The notes beneath the pieces are model-generated. The model was given only the letters and a program-made list of their open reading frames with translations. It was not told the DNA's origin and ran no database searches. This document shows, in pieces, positions 54,967-64,000 of a stretch of 64,000 bases of DNA; the stretch's first letter is position 1, and the number at the start of each line of letters is the position of its first letter. Origin of the DNA: Patescibacteria group bacterium UBA926 (lineage in GTDB: Bacteria > Patescibacteriota > Doudnabacteria > UBA920); NCBI GenBank assembly GCA_002293685.1, contig DBDS01000006.1, forward strand, positions 108,867-172,866. Direction: 5' to 3'. Both the position numbers and the translations under genes were made by a program.

Positions 54967-56598
54967 ATGACAAAACTCTTTAAGTTTTTTAATAAAGTTG
55001 AACAAAATTTTCATTTAGGCAAAGCAACTGCAATTATTGCTATTTTGACTTTAGTCTCTAGACTAATGGGTTTTGTGCGTGACTTATTTCTAGCCAGCCA
55101 ACTCGGAGCAAATATTCAGACTGATATTTATTTCACAGCCTTCCGAATCCCAGATTTAATCTATAACTTGTTGATCTTAGGAACTCTAAGTGCTGCTTTC
55201 ATTCCTGTTTTCACAGACTATTACCTTAAAAATAAAACTGAAGCATGGAAAATTGCTAACAGTGTACTAAATTTAGGAATTATTTTAGTTGGTGGGTTAT
55301 CAGTAATTATCTTTATTTTTGCCAAACCATTAGTTTCTATTGTAGCCCCTGGATTTAATGAAGCAGCTCTTGACCAAACCGCTTCGCTTACACGAATATT
55401 CTTACTTTCACCAATTATTTTTACGATCTCTAGTGTATTTTCCAGTACATTAATTTCATTCAAGAAATTTATTTGGGTTAATACCGCACCTCTCTTTTAC
55501 AATGCAGGTATCATAATTGGCATTATTTTCTTTTGGCCAATGTGGGGATTAACAGGAGTTGCGCTAGGAGTAATTTTAGGTGCAATTCTTCACGCTTTAA
55601 TTCAACTACCCCAACTAATTGGTCTTGGATTTCAGTGGCGCCCTATAATTGCTTGGAAAAATACTGGCGTAAAAAAAGTAGTTAGCCTATTTCTACCAAG
55701 AGTCCTTGGGTTAGATATATCTTATGTTAACTTAATTATCGTCTCAATTGTAGGATCAACTTTAGTTAGTGGAACAATTTCAGCTTTTAACTTCGCCAAC
55801 AACATCCAAAGCGTTCCTCTTGGAATTTTTGCTATTTCGACTACATTAGCTGTCTTTCCTGTATTGTCAGAAGAGTATGCTAAAAAACAGTATAATTCAT
55901 TTATAAATACTTTTAACAGAGCTTTTGTTAGAATATTATTTTTTATTTTACCCCTTTCAATCTTGATGTTACTGCTTCGAGCTCATGTTGTTCGATTGCT
56001 TTTAGGATATGGTGCCTGTGACTGGACCTGTACAATTACAACCTTTGACGCGCTCGGTTTACTTAGCATAAGTTTAGTAGCACAAAGTTTAGTACCACTG
56101 CTGTCGAGAGCATTTTATGCTAGACAAAATACAAAAATTCCACTGTTTATCAGTCTAGCTGCTATGGCAATCAACGGGATACTATCATGGCAATTAGCTT
56201 ATGGGCTAGGGATTATCGGTATCGCTTTGGGCTTCGTGATTGCGTCTGCATTCCAATTAATTTTACTAATGATCTATCTACACAAAGAAATTCAATATGA
56301 TTTGAAAAGTAATAAAATTATCCGAGAAAGTGATTACTACATTGTGTCTTCGAGTACAAAAATTATGATCTCTGCAATGGTTTCAGGATTAGTTGCGTAC
56401 GGTTTACTATATGGAATCGCATTATTTGTAAACACGCACACTGTTCTCGGTATTTTAATCCAAGCAGGTTTTGCTGGGATGGCTGCAGTTTTTGTCTATC
56501 TAATTCTTACAATGTGGTTTCATATTCCAGAAGCTATCAGCATTAAATCCGCGCTTAGCCGAACAACAAAATTCTTCAATGTCAGCAGCGTTCAATAG
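54967..56598 (+). CDS. murJ: lipid II flippase MurJ
   Basis: N-terminus LGKATAIIAILTLVSRLMGFVRDLFLASQLG and 14-TM profile. Confidence 0.85.
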   Translation: MTKLFKFFNKVEQNFHLGKATAIIAILTLVSRLMGFVRDLFLASQLGANIQTDIYFTAFRIPDLIYNLLILGTLSAAFIPVFTDYYLKNKTEAWKIANSVLNLGIILVGGLSVIIFIFAKPLVSIVAPGFNEAALDQTASLTRIFLLSPIIFTISSVFSSTLISFKKFIWVNTAPLFYNAGIIIGIIFFWPMWGLTGVALGVILGAILHALIQLPQLIGLGFQWRPIIAWKNTGVKKVVSLFLPRVLGLDISYVNLIIVSIVGSTLVSGTISAFNFANNIQSVPLGIFAISTTLAVFPVLSEEYAKKQYNSFINTFNRAFVRILFFILPLSILMLLLRAHVVRLLLGYGACDWTCTITTFDALGLLSISLVAQSLVPLLSRAFYARQNTKIPLFISLAAMAINGILSWQLAYGLGIIGIALGFVIASAFQLILLMIYLHKEIQYDLKSNKIIRESDYYIVSSSTKIMISAMVSGLVAYGLLYGIALFVNTHTVLGILIQAGFAGMAAVFVYLILTMWFHIPEAISIKSALSRTTKFFNVSSVQ

Positions 56599-56644
56599 CA
56601 CTTAAAATATTGCTATAACGCAGTGTTTTTGCTAACATTAGCCC

Positions 56645-58438
56645 ATGTCTGACCTATCAAAAATTCGAAACTTCTGCATTATTGCTCATATTGACCACGG
56701 AAAATCTACTCTTGCCGACAGACTTCTAGAAGTGACAAATACCGTCAGTGATAGAGATATGAAGGCCCAACTCCTCGACCAGATGGATCTAGAACGGGAA
56801 CGGGGAATAACCATCAAACTTCAGCCTGTTCAAATGAACTATCGGCACAACGGCCAAGAGTTTGTTTTTAATCTTATCGATACACCTGGTCACGTCGATT
56901 TCAGCTACGAAGTATCCCGAAGCCTAGCCGCCTGTGAAGGCGCTCTTTTAGTTGTGGACTCCACACAAGGAATTGAAGCTCAAACTCTAGCCAATGCTTA
57001 CATGGCGATGGAGCATAATCTCACATTAATCCCTGTAATCAACAAAATAGATTTACCAAATAGCGATGCAAGTAAAGTTGCCGAAGAAATGAAATCAGTA
57101 TTTGGTTTCAAAGATGAAGAATTTCTATTCGCATCAGGGAAGACAGGATTAGGCGTGCCAGAAATTTTAGAAGCTGTTGCTGAGCGTGTGCCTGCACCAC
57201 AAGGGGATAGTACTAAACCCCTTCAAGCCTTAATTTTTGATTCTAGTTACGACCCTCATCGCGGCGTAATAAGTTATGTGCGAATTGTTAACGGTGAGCT
57301 AAAAGCTAGGGAAAAAATCCGCATGATGGGGAGTGGAGGAGAAGGAGAAAGTTTAGAAGTAGGTTATTTCAAACCAGTGATGACAAAATCACAAAATATA
57401 CCAACAGGCAGTGTTGGTTATATTGTTACTGGTTTACGCGATGTAGCCAAAGCAAGTGTAGGGGACACCATTACACTGTTTAAGAATAGTGCCGAGGAGC
57501 CATTACCAGGTTACAAACAAGTTCGTCCAATGGTCTACGCAAGCATTTTCCCAGTATCAGGAGACGATTACCCAATGCTTCGTGACGCAATGGAAAAATT
57601 AAAACTCAACGATGCAGCACTCACGTTTGAACCAGAGAATATTCCGAGTATCGGTTTTGGGTTTCGGACTGGTTTTTTGGGCTTGCTCCATATGGATATT
57701 GTTCAAGAACGTTTATCTCGTGAGTACGATTTGGATTTAGTTCTAACTGCTCCAAGCGTGGTTTATGAAATTGAGAAAACAAATGATGAAGTTTTAACTA
57801 TATACAATCCAGCAGGCTGGCCAGATCAGTCCAAAATTAAAGAAGTGAGAGAGCCATGGGCTAAAGCGGCTATTTTAACTCCTAGTTCTTATATTGGCTC
57901 GATCATGGAGATTGTAACCCAAAGACGAGGAATCAACCAAGGAATGGACTATGTGGGTACAGACCGCGTGGAAATGCGCTTCGAAATGCCACTAGCGACT
58001 ATTATTACTGACTTCTATGATAAACTTAAAAGTGTATCCAGTGGTTATGCTTCTTTAAATTATGAAATTGTGGATTTGCGCCCAGGAAATCTAGTTAAAC
58101 TAGACATTTTGGTTGCTGGAGAGCCAGTAGAAGCATTATCTGCAATCGCCCACCGCTCAACTGCTGAAAGCGAGGGGAGAACTTTAGTTTCTAAACTTAA
58201 AGAGTTAATACCAAAACAACAATTTGAAATTGCTATTCAAGCGGCAATCGGAAGCAAAATCATTGCTCGTGAAAGTATTTCTGCTTTACGCAAAGATGTA
58301 ACCACAGGCTTATACGGTGGAGATGTAACTCGAAAAATGAAAGTTCTTAAGAAACAAAAGTTGGGTAAGAAGCGAATGAAAAAAGTTGGTAAAGTAGATA
58401 TCCCACAAGAAGCATTCTTAGCAGTACTTAAAAAATGA
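56645..58438 (+). CDS. lepA: elongation factor 4 (LepA)
   Basis: IRNFCIIAHIDHGKSTLADRLL G1 motif and LepA-specific C-terminus. Confidence 0.95.
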   Translation: MSDLSKIRNFCIIAHIDHGKSTLADRLLEVTNTVSDRDMKAQLLDQMDLERERGITIKLQPVQMNYRHNGQEFVFNLIDTPGHVDFSYEVSRSLAACEGALLVVDSTQGIEAQTLANAYMAMEHNLTLIPVINKIDLPNSDASKVAEEMKSVFGFKDEEFLFASGKTGLGVPEILEAVAERVPAPQGDSTKPLQALIFDSSYDPHRGVISYVRIVNGELKAREKIRMMGSGGEGESLEVGYFKPVMTKSQNIPTGSVGYIVTGLRDVAKASVGDTITLFKNSAEEPLPGYKQVRPMVYASIFPVSGDDYPMLRDAMEKLKLNDAALTFEPENIPSIGFGFRTGFLGLLHMDIVQERLSREYDLDLVLTAPSVVYEIEKTNDEVLTIYNPAGWPDQSKIKEVREPWAKAAILTPSSYIGSIMEIVTQRRGINQGMDYVGTDRVEMRFEMPLATIITDFYDKLKSVSSGYASLNYEIVDLRPGNLVKLDILVAGEPVEALSAIAHRSTAESEGRTLVSKLKELIPKQQFEIAIQAAIGSKIIARESISALRKDVTTGLYGGDVTRKMKVLKKQKLGKKRMKKVGKVDIPQEAFLAVLKK

Positions 58439-58493
58439 CACGAAGTGTCATCCCGGAAGCTAAAGACTATCCGGAATCTATTCAACAATATAT

Positions 58494-58589
58494 ATGCGAA
58501 ACAGAAAAGCTTTAGAAAGAATTTTGATTGTTGTATCGGTACTAATTATCGCTTCAATGATCGGAACCGCTTTCTTATTTACATTTTAA
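58494..58589 (+). CDS. possible 31-aa single-TM micropeptide
   Basis: MRNRKALERILIVVSVLIIASMIGTAFLFTF, directly upstream of the next gene. Speculative. Confidence 0.2.
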   Translation: MRNRKALERILIVVSVLIIASMIGTAFLFTF

Positions 58590-58593
58590 AACT

Positions 58594-59151
58594 ATGGGTG
58601 TAAAACTTAGAGAAATGGAGCACGTACGAGCCGTTTACCGTCAAAGTAAATGGGTGTTAATTCATCCTATCTTGGCTAATTTATTTACAGTCGCGTTGCC
58701 TTGGTATTTTATCGTTAGATACGACATTTCTGGTTGGATTACGACTGTATTATGGCTATGGTCAGTGATTGTGTTAGCTCATTTAGCCATTGAATTACTT
58801 CTTTGGTATTTAAATCGTTATGTTGTCACAAATATGAGGCTGATGCATTATGACCAAACTGGGTTATTCAAGAGAACAATTATTGAAACACCCCACGAAA
58901 GAATTCTCAATGTTAGTTTTAAAACCGAAGGTGTTACTTCTGCAATATTCGGATATGGAAATGTAGTTGTGCAAGTTGTTGGACTTATTGACCCCATGGT
59001 CTTAAAAAATGTCTCTAATCCACTAGAAATCAAAGATTATATCTGGGAAATGCACCTCCGAGTTACTGCTAACGATAAAAGTTTTAACAGCCAAGACATT
59101 GAGCATATTCAAGAGCGATTAGGGTATACCAAACAAAATCAGAAAGTTTAG
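58594..59151 (+). CDS. membrane protein with bacterial PH (YdbS/DUF304-like) domain
   Basis: Two N-terminal TM helices, then a ~100-aa domain. Architecture-based assignment. Confidence 0.4.
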   Translation: MGVKLREMEHVRAVYRQSKWVLIHPILANLFTVALPWYFIVRYDISGWITTVLWLWSVIVLAHLAIELLLWYLNRYVVTNMRLMHYDQTGLFKRTIIETPHERILNVSFKTEGVTSAIFGYGNVVVQVVGLIDPMVLKNVSNPLEIKDYIWEMHLRVTANDKSFNSQDIEHIQERLGYTKQNQKV

Positions 59152-59153
59152 AT

Positions 59154-59519
59154 ATGAAGTTACCCAAAATTTTTAACTCAAAGCCTTTTTTAGGAATATT
59201 ACTTATTGCTTTGATCTTTGCGGGCGCGATAGAATATAAACAGTACTCAGAAAGAAAAAGTATTGATAACGAAATCGCCGAATTAGAAGCCGAAGAAAGG
59301 CGCTTAACTGAAGCCAATAATCAGTTGCAACAATCAATTGGCTTTTTATCATCTCCAGAGTATCAAGAAAAATTAGCTCGATTACAATTAAATCTTAAAA
59401 AGCCAGATGAGATTGTAGTAAATTTTCCGAAAGAACCTGAAGGCCAGCAAACAGAAGTAGTACAAGTCGATTCAAGATCAAACTTATTCAAATGGTGGGA
59501 ATATATATTTATTAACTAA
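59154..59519 (+). CDS. septum formation initiator (FtsB/DivIC-like)
   Basis: N-terminal TM followed by coiled coil (EIAELEAEERRLTEANNQLQQ). Confidence 0.55.
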   Translation: MKLPKIFNSKPFLGILLIALIFAGAIEYKQYSERKSIDNEIAELEAEERRLTEANNQLQQSIGFLSSPEYQEKLARLQLNLKKPDEIVVNFPKEPEGQQTEVVQVDSRSNLFKWWEYIFIN

Positions 59520-59524
59520 AAACA

Positions 59525-60436
59525 ATGACTTACGAAAATACACAACAAGGAGATTCCGAAAATAAAAAAATCAGAAGTCGCAAATTTATTGCAGCCTTTT
59601 TGATTTTTGATTTGGTAGTTTTAATTTGTTTCTTCACTTGGTTATATACTGGTTCGATTACCAGTGCCAAGGAGTCGATATTTAAAGCAATTCCATTACC
59701 TGTCGCTCTGGTTGAGTCAAAGCATATTAACAGCAAGCAACTCTTTCAACGAGTTCAACTAGCTACTGATTTATTACAGGGAAATACAGAATCGAATGAA
59801 AATCTCCCTGCCGAAGTTCTAGATCAATTAATAGAAGCTCGTAAAACCGAAACTTTAGCCGCAAAGTACAGTATTACTCCAACAGACCAAGAGCTGGACA
59901 TGTCCTACCAAGCAGTGATAAATCAATTACCTGGCCAAAGTGAAGAAGCATTAGCAACAGAACTTAATAAGAACTATGGTATTTCAATTTCAACTTTTAA
60001 AAATGAAGTTCTTAGACAAACCGCGACAAGAGAAAATCTATCTTTGTGGTTTAACTCCCAAGAAAACTTAAATTCAGAATCATATACTAAAGCTCGTGAA
60101 CTACTAAGCAATCTTGATAACGGTTCTGATTTTGAACAAGTCGCTACTCAATACTCTGAAGATATCGGTAGTCAAGCCTTTGCAGGGGATAGTGGCTTTG
60201 TTAATTATTCAGACCTGCTTCCGGAGTTTCAGGTGGTAGTTTCCGAATTAGCTCTTAACGATAATGTATTAGTTGCGAGTCGTTATGGTATCCATATTTT
60301 AAGAATTACTGGGATTGAAGAGAATGAAGCAAATGAAAAAAGTTACAATCTACAACAAATATTTATCACTCCCTCTGATTTTGAAGCTTGGCTACAAACC
60401 GAATTCTCGAATATCAAATCGGTGAAGTTACTCTAA
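59525..60436 (+). CDS. PpiC-type peptidyl-prolyl isomerase (parvulin)
   Basis: N-terminal TM, SurA-like helical region, C-terminal rotamase (FEQVATQYSEDIGSQAFAGDSGFV...YGIHILRI). Confidence 0.65.
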   Translation: MTYENTQQGDSENKKIRSRKFIAAFLIFDLVVLICFFTWLYTGSITSAKESIFKAIPLPVALVESKHINSKQLFQRVQLATDLLQGNTESNENLPAEVLDQLIEARKTETLAAKYSITPTDQELDMSYQAVINQLPGQSEEALATELNKNYGISISTFKNEVLRQTATRENLSLWFNSQENLNSESYTKARELLSNLDNGSDFEQVATQYSEDIGSQAFAGDSGFVNYSDLLPEFQVVVSELALNDNVLVASRYGIHILRITGIEENEANEKSYNLQQIFITPSDFEAWLQTEFSNIKSVKLL

Positions 60437-60441
60437 AAACC

Positions 60442-60470
60442 AAACTCTGCTTCCTTGAGCAGAGTTTTTT
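60442..60470 (+). terminator. rho-independent terminator
   Basis: AAACTCTGC-TTCCTTGA-GCAGAGTTTTTT. Confidence 0.7.
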
Positions 60471-60745
60471 GGTTAAAAACCAAAAGTGCCTGCACTTCGT
60501 AGCCTGCTTGCCAACCGAAGCCTTGGCGAAGGCTGGGGCGAAGAATTGCCTGCACTTCGTAGCTTTAGCGAAGAAGTGTCAACCCTCGAAAAAATTGGCA
60601 GCCTTGCCAACTTCGCCTTTTTTTGTTAGAATTTTTGCGTTCACCCTGTGAAATTAAGTTATTTTATAAGGGAAAATATCTTAGTCGTTTGCCTCTAGAT
60701 TTTTCAGGTCTGAGTGCACAGACAGGATATTTAACAGGGTAAATT

Positions 60746-61018
60746 ATGGACAAACAAGAAACTAAACTAAATCAGACAGGGGAGAAAAAAGAGCCTAATT
60801 CTAAGCAAATAAATTTTGCGAAAAGTCTATCTCTAGCTCTTCAATTCGCATTCATGATTCTCCTGCCATTGTTAGTATTTGGCGGAATCGGCAAATGGCT
60901 AGAACAACGCTATGACAATAAATTGTGGGTTATGGCTGGGCTACTACTAGCACTAACTACAAGTACAGTCTGGTTTTACAGAAAGATTAACGATCTCTAC
61001 AAAGATTTCATAGACTAA
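60746..61018 (+). CDS. ATP synthase protein I-like (AtpI/AtpZ) small membrane protein
   Basis: 90 aa with 2 TM, immediately upstream of atpB. Confidence 0.45.
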   Translation: MDKQETKLNQTGEKKEPNSKQINFAKSLSLALQFAFMILLPLLVFGGIGKWLEQRYDNKLWVMAGLLLALTTSTVWFYRKINDLYKDFID

Positions 61019-61872
61019 TGATTGCAGCATTACCACCGTTGGCAGCAGAACCGATTTTTGCGATAGGTCAACTTCCAATTACAAATTCATACATCAACTC
61101 CACTCTAACCATGATTGGGTTTGTGATTTTTGCGTTTTTTATCAACCGCGCTGTAAAAGCTTACAAAAACGGTGCACCTCGTGGACTACTGAATTTCTTT
61201 GAAAGTATCTTGGAAGTTTTGTATCAATATTTTGACACAGTAACTCAAAGCCGCAAGAAAACAATCCAATTCCTACCTTTAGTCGGTACATTATTTTTCT
61301 TCATTTTAGTTTCTAACTGGTTAGGACTTTTTCCAGGCATTGGCAGCATCGGCCGTTACTTAGTGCACGGTGGTGAAATTTTACTTGTTCCACTGTTCCG
61401 TCCTGCGACTACCGATTTGAATATGACAGTTGCGATGGCTCTAATCGCAGTTACAGTTTCACACTTCCTAGGAATATTCGTTATTGGTTTCTTCAAATAC
61501 TTCAACAAGTTCGTTAAAGTAGGGGATTTATGGCATGCGGTAAAGTCTTTCAGCCCGATGGCAATTCTCGTAGCCATCATCGAATTCTTTGTTGGAATTC
61601 TCGAAATCATTTCTGAAGTAGCAAAACTGTTCTCACTATCTTTGCGTTTATTCGGAAATATCTTTGCTGGAGAAGTGTTACTTACTGTTTTGGCAAGCAT
61701 CTTACCATATCTATTACCATTACCGTTCATTGGTTTAGAAATAATCGTGGCTATTGTCCAAGCGACTGTATTTGCTATGCTTACCTTGGTGTATCTAACT
61801 GTAGCGACAACAGAAGTCGCGAGTCACCACAGCGATCACCCAGAAGATTTAGAACCAACACCGACAGTTTAG
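61018..61872 (+). CDS. atpB: F0F1 ATP synthase subunit a
   Basis: LSLRLFGNIFAGE with the conserved Arg. 5-6 TM. Confidence 0.9.
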   Translation: MIAALPPLAAEPIFAIGQLPITNSYINSTLTMIGFVIFAFFINRAVKAYKNGAPRGLLNFFESILEVLYQYFDTVTQSRKKTIQFLPLVGTLFFFILVSNWLGLFPGIGSIGRYLVHGGEILLVPLFRPATTDLNMTVAMALIAVTVSHFLGIFVIGFFKYFNKFVKVGDLWHAVKSFSPMAILVAIIEFFVGILEIISEVAKLFSLSLRLFGNIFAGEVLLTVLASILPYLLPLPFIGLEIIVAIVQATVFAMLTLVYLTVATTEVASHHSDHPEDLEPTPTV

Positions 61873-61940
61873 GAGTAATCCATCAAGCATTAAACCATTG
61901 ATGCTTGATGTTTCATTCTTAATTAAACGGCAGACTTTAA

Positions 61941-62192
<252 letters not shown>

Positions 62193-62238
62193 TTTGCAAT
62201 TTCAGTCTCGCACGCTGCGAGGCTGGGGGTTGAAAATT

Positions 62239-62844
62239 ATGAATAGTATTATGAAAACATCACTAAAATATATTGCTATCACAGGATTGATGCTCTCTGT
62301 TTTACTTGCACCAAATATTGCTGATGCGGCAAGTACAGTCGTTGATGATCCGAGTCTTATTGGCATGTTCGGTATTAACTGGAAGTTATTCCTAGCTCAG
62401 CTGATTAACTTTGGCATCGTTTTGTTTGTATTGTGGAAGTGGGTTTGGAAACCTGTGACTTCAAACATGGAAGAACGAACCAAAAAAATTGAAGAGTCGC
62501 TTATAAATGCAGATAGAATCACCGAAGAGAAAACTGAGTTTGAAGCATGGAAAGAAACCGAGATGGGCAAAGCAAGACAAGAAGCTACCGCAATAATCAG
62601 TGAAGCGAAGACTCAAGCTGAAACAGTGAAAAATGATATTCTCGAAAAAGCAAAACTAGAACAACAAGCACTACTAGAAAAAGGAGCTCGAGAACTTACT
62701 CAGCAAAAAGAACAAGCTATTGCAGATGCTAAATCAGAACTCGCAGACCTAGTAGTTGGAGCTGCCGAAAAGTTGATTCGCGAAAAAGTAGATAAAAAAG
62801 CAGATCAAAAGTTGATTTCGCAAGCAATGAAGGAGCTCAACTAA
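62239..62844 (+). CDS. atpF: F0F1 ATP synthase subunit b
   Basis: ATG at 62239 after a GGGGG SD. The longer ORF-track start at 62023 overlaps atpE out of frame. TM + long charged helix. Confidence 0.75.
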   Translation: MNSIMKTSLKYIAITGLMLSVLLAPNIADAASTVVDDPSLIGMFGINWKLFLAQLINFGIVLFVLWKWVWKPVTSNMEERTKKIEESLINADRITEEKTEFEAWKETEMGKARQEATAIISEAKTQAETVKNDILEKAKLEQQALLEKGARELTQQKEQAIADAKSELADLVVGAAEKLIREKVDKKADQKLISQAMKELN

Positions 62845-63236
62845 TGAAATATACAGTTAAGCAATATGCTCAGAGTTTGTACGATGTGCTCGAAACAACT
62901 AATCCAAAACAGCAAGATATAGTCATAGATAACTTCATAAACATCCTTAGGATCAATAATGATTTAGCCGCTTACGAAAAGATTGTTGCCGAGTACGAAA
63001 AGCTTCTCGACATCAAAGAGAATACCAGCCAAGTTACAATCACCACTGCAACGGATGCAAATATCACACCAGCGCTCCTCAAAGAGTTGAATAAATATTC
63101 CAAGGACAAGATTGAAACCACACAAATCACAGACGAAGAAGTATTGGGCGGAGTAGTCATCCGCGTTGACGATACCCTTATTGATGCCAGTCTCCGGACT
63201 GAACTTAATAATTTAGAATCTAAACTGAAAGACTAA
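62844..63236 (+). CDS. atpH: F0F1 ATP synthase subunit delta (short)
   Basis: 130 aa in the atpF-atpH-atpA order. Confidence 0.6.
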   Translation: MKYTVKQYAQSLYDVLETTNPKQQDIVIDNFINILRINNDLAAYEKIVAEYEKLLDIKENTSQVTITTATDANITPALLKELNKYSKDKIETTQITDEEVLGGVVIRVDDTLIDASLRTELNNLESKLKD

Positions 63237-63317
63237 ACTACTGTCGTTCCGAGCGAAGAGAGGAATCTCAAAGCAGATCCTTGCTACCGCTCAGGATGAC
63301 TTGGAAAAATTACACTT

Positions 63318-64000
63318 ATGAACACTGACACTATAATTCAAAAACTAAAAGACCAGATTGAAGGCTTTGACCCAAAGGCCGAGATTAGTCATGTCGGAAC
63401 TGTAACCGAAATTGGTGACGGTATCGCAAAAATCAATGGACTTTCCGAAGTGCAATCCATGGAAATGCTTGATTTCGGAAATGGCACATCTGGCGTAGCT
63501 CTTAACTTAGAAGAACGAAGCGTAGGTGCAATCATTTTGGGAAACTACGAACACGTTAAGCAAGGAGATACAGTGAAAGCAACTGGACAGATTCTATCTG
63601 TACCAGTTGGTGAAGCTCTAATCGGCCGCGTTGTTAGCGCTCTTGGTGAACCTAAAGATGGTAAAGGCGCAATCACTACCGAACATTTTTATCCTGTCGA
63701 AAAAATTGCTCCAGGTGTAATCACTAGACAATCAGTTCATCAACCTGTACAAACTGGTATTAAGGCAATTGATGCTTTAATTCCAATTGGTCGTGGTCAA
63801 CGTGAACTGATTATTGGTGACCGTCAAACCGGAAAAACAGCTGTAGCGATTGATACAATCATCAACCAAAAAGGTTTGGACATGATTTGTGTTTACGTTG
63901 CTGTTGGTCAGAAGGAAAGTAAAGTTGCAAAAATTGTTGCTGAGCTAGAAGAACGCGGTGCAATGGAATACACAATCGTAGTATCCGCTGGCGCATCCGA
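63318..64000 (+). CDS. atpA: F0F1 ATP synthase subunit alpha (3' end outside window)
   Basis: Open to the window edge. [19 protein letters not shown]-loop. Confidence 0.9.
   Translation, partial: MNTDTIIQKLKDQIEGFDPKAEISHVGTVTEIGDGIAKINGLSEVQSMEMLDFGNGTSGVALNLEERSVGAIILGNYEHVKQGDTVKATGQILSVPVGEALIGRVVSALGEPKDGKGAITTEHFYPVEKIAPGVITRQSVHQPVQTGIKAIDALIPIGRGQRELIIGDRQTGKTAVAIDTIINQKGLDMICVYVAVGQKESKVAKIVAELEERGAMEYTIVVSAGAS

Noticed and set aside
60388-60651. 87-aa + strand ORF across the repeat-rich intergenic region
   Set aside because: It starts inside the PpiC gene, runs through a terminator and direct repeats, and its translation is a low-complexity echo of the repeats (LHFVA repeated).

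Overview
The window holds a low-GC host segment, apparently from a small-genome bacterium, with a ~31-kb prophage inserted into the 3' end of secA. A Patescibacteria/Saccharibacteria-like host is my inference; it rests on the mur/fts/DUF4012/murJ cell-wall cluster, the HARE-HTH protein, the short atpH and the almost unidirectional gene order. The host part carries murC'-murB-hpf-secA, then ung, pepN, secDF, a sigma-70 region-4/HARE-HTH protein, a membrane-protein + VirD4/TraG-like ATPase pair, trx, dacA-like, mraY, an amidohydrolase, murD, ftsW, DUF4012, murJ, lepA, ftsB-like, PpiC, and atpIBEFHA. The prophage runs from about 5239 to 36472 and has visibly higher G+C than the host. It is bounded by an imperfect direct repeat derived from the secA 3' end. 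The phage copy re-creates the SecA C-terminal zinc-binding tail, and a displaced secA 3' remnant sits at attR next to a tyrosine integrase. All prophage genes are on the + strand. They comprise a recombination/replication module (Sak4-like ATPase, RusA, a winged-helix replication initiator, many small Zn-ribbon proteins), a packaging/head module (TerS?, TerL, portal-MuF fusion, prohead protease-scaffold, HK97-like capsid, connectors), a tail module (major tail, G/GT chaperone with a -1 frameshift site, tape measure, Dit-like, Gly-rich fibre), an AT-rich glycosyltransferase-like moron, a lysis cassette (XhlA-like, dual C1+M23 peptidase endolysin, secreted CHAP protein, 2-TM holin-like), an HNH-like gene, the integrase, a membrane-anchored protein and a small HTH protein. 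No rRNA, tRNA or CRISPR array was found. Several consensus sigma-70 promoters and rho-independent terminators are visible. Two of these form promoter, structured-RNA and terminator units inside the prophage: one between terminase and portal, one immediately upstream of int.
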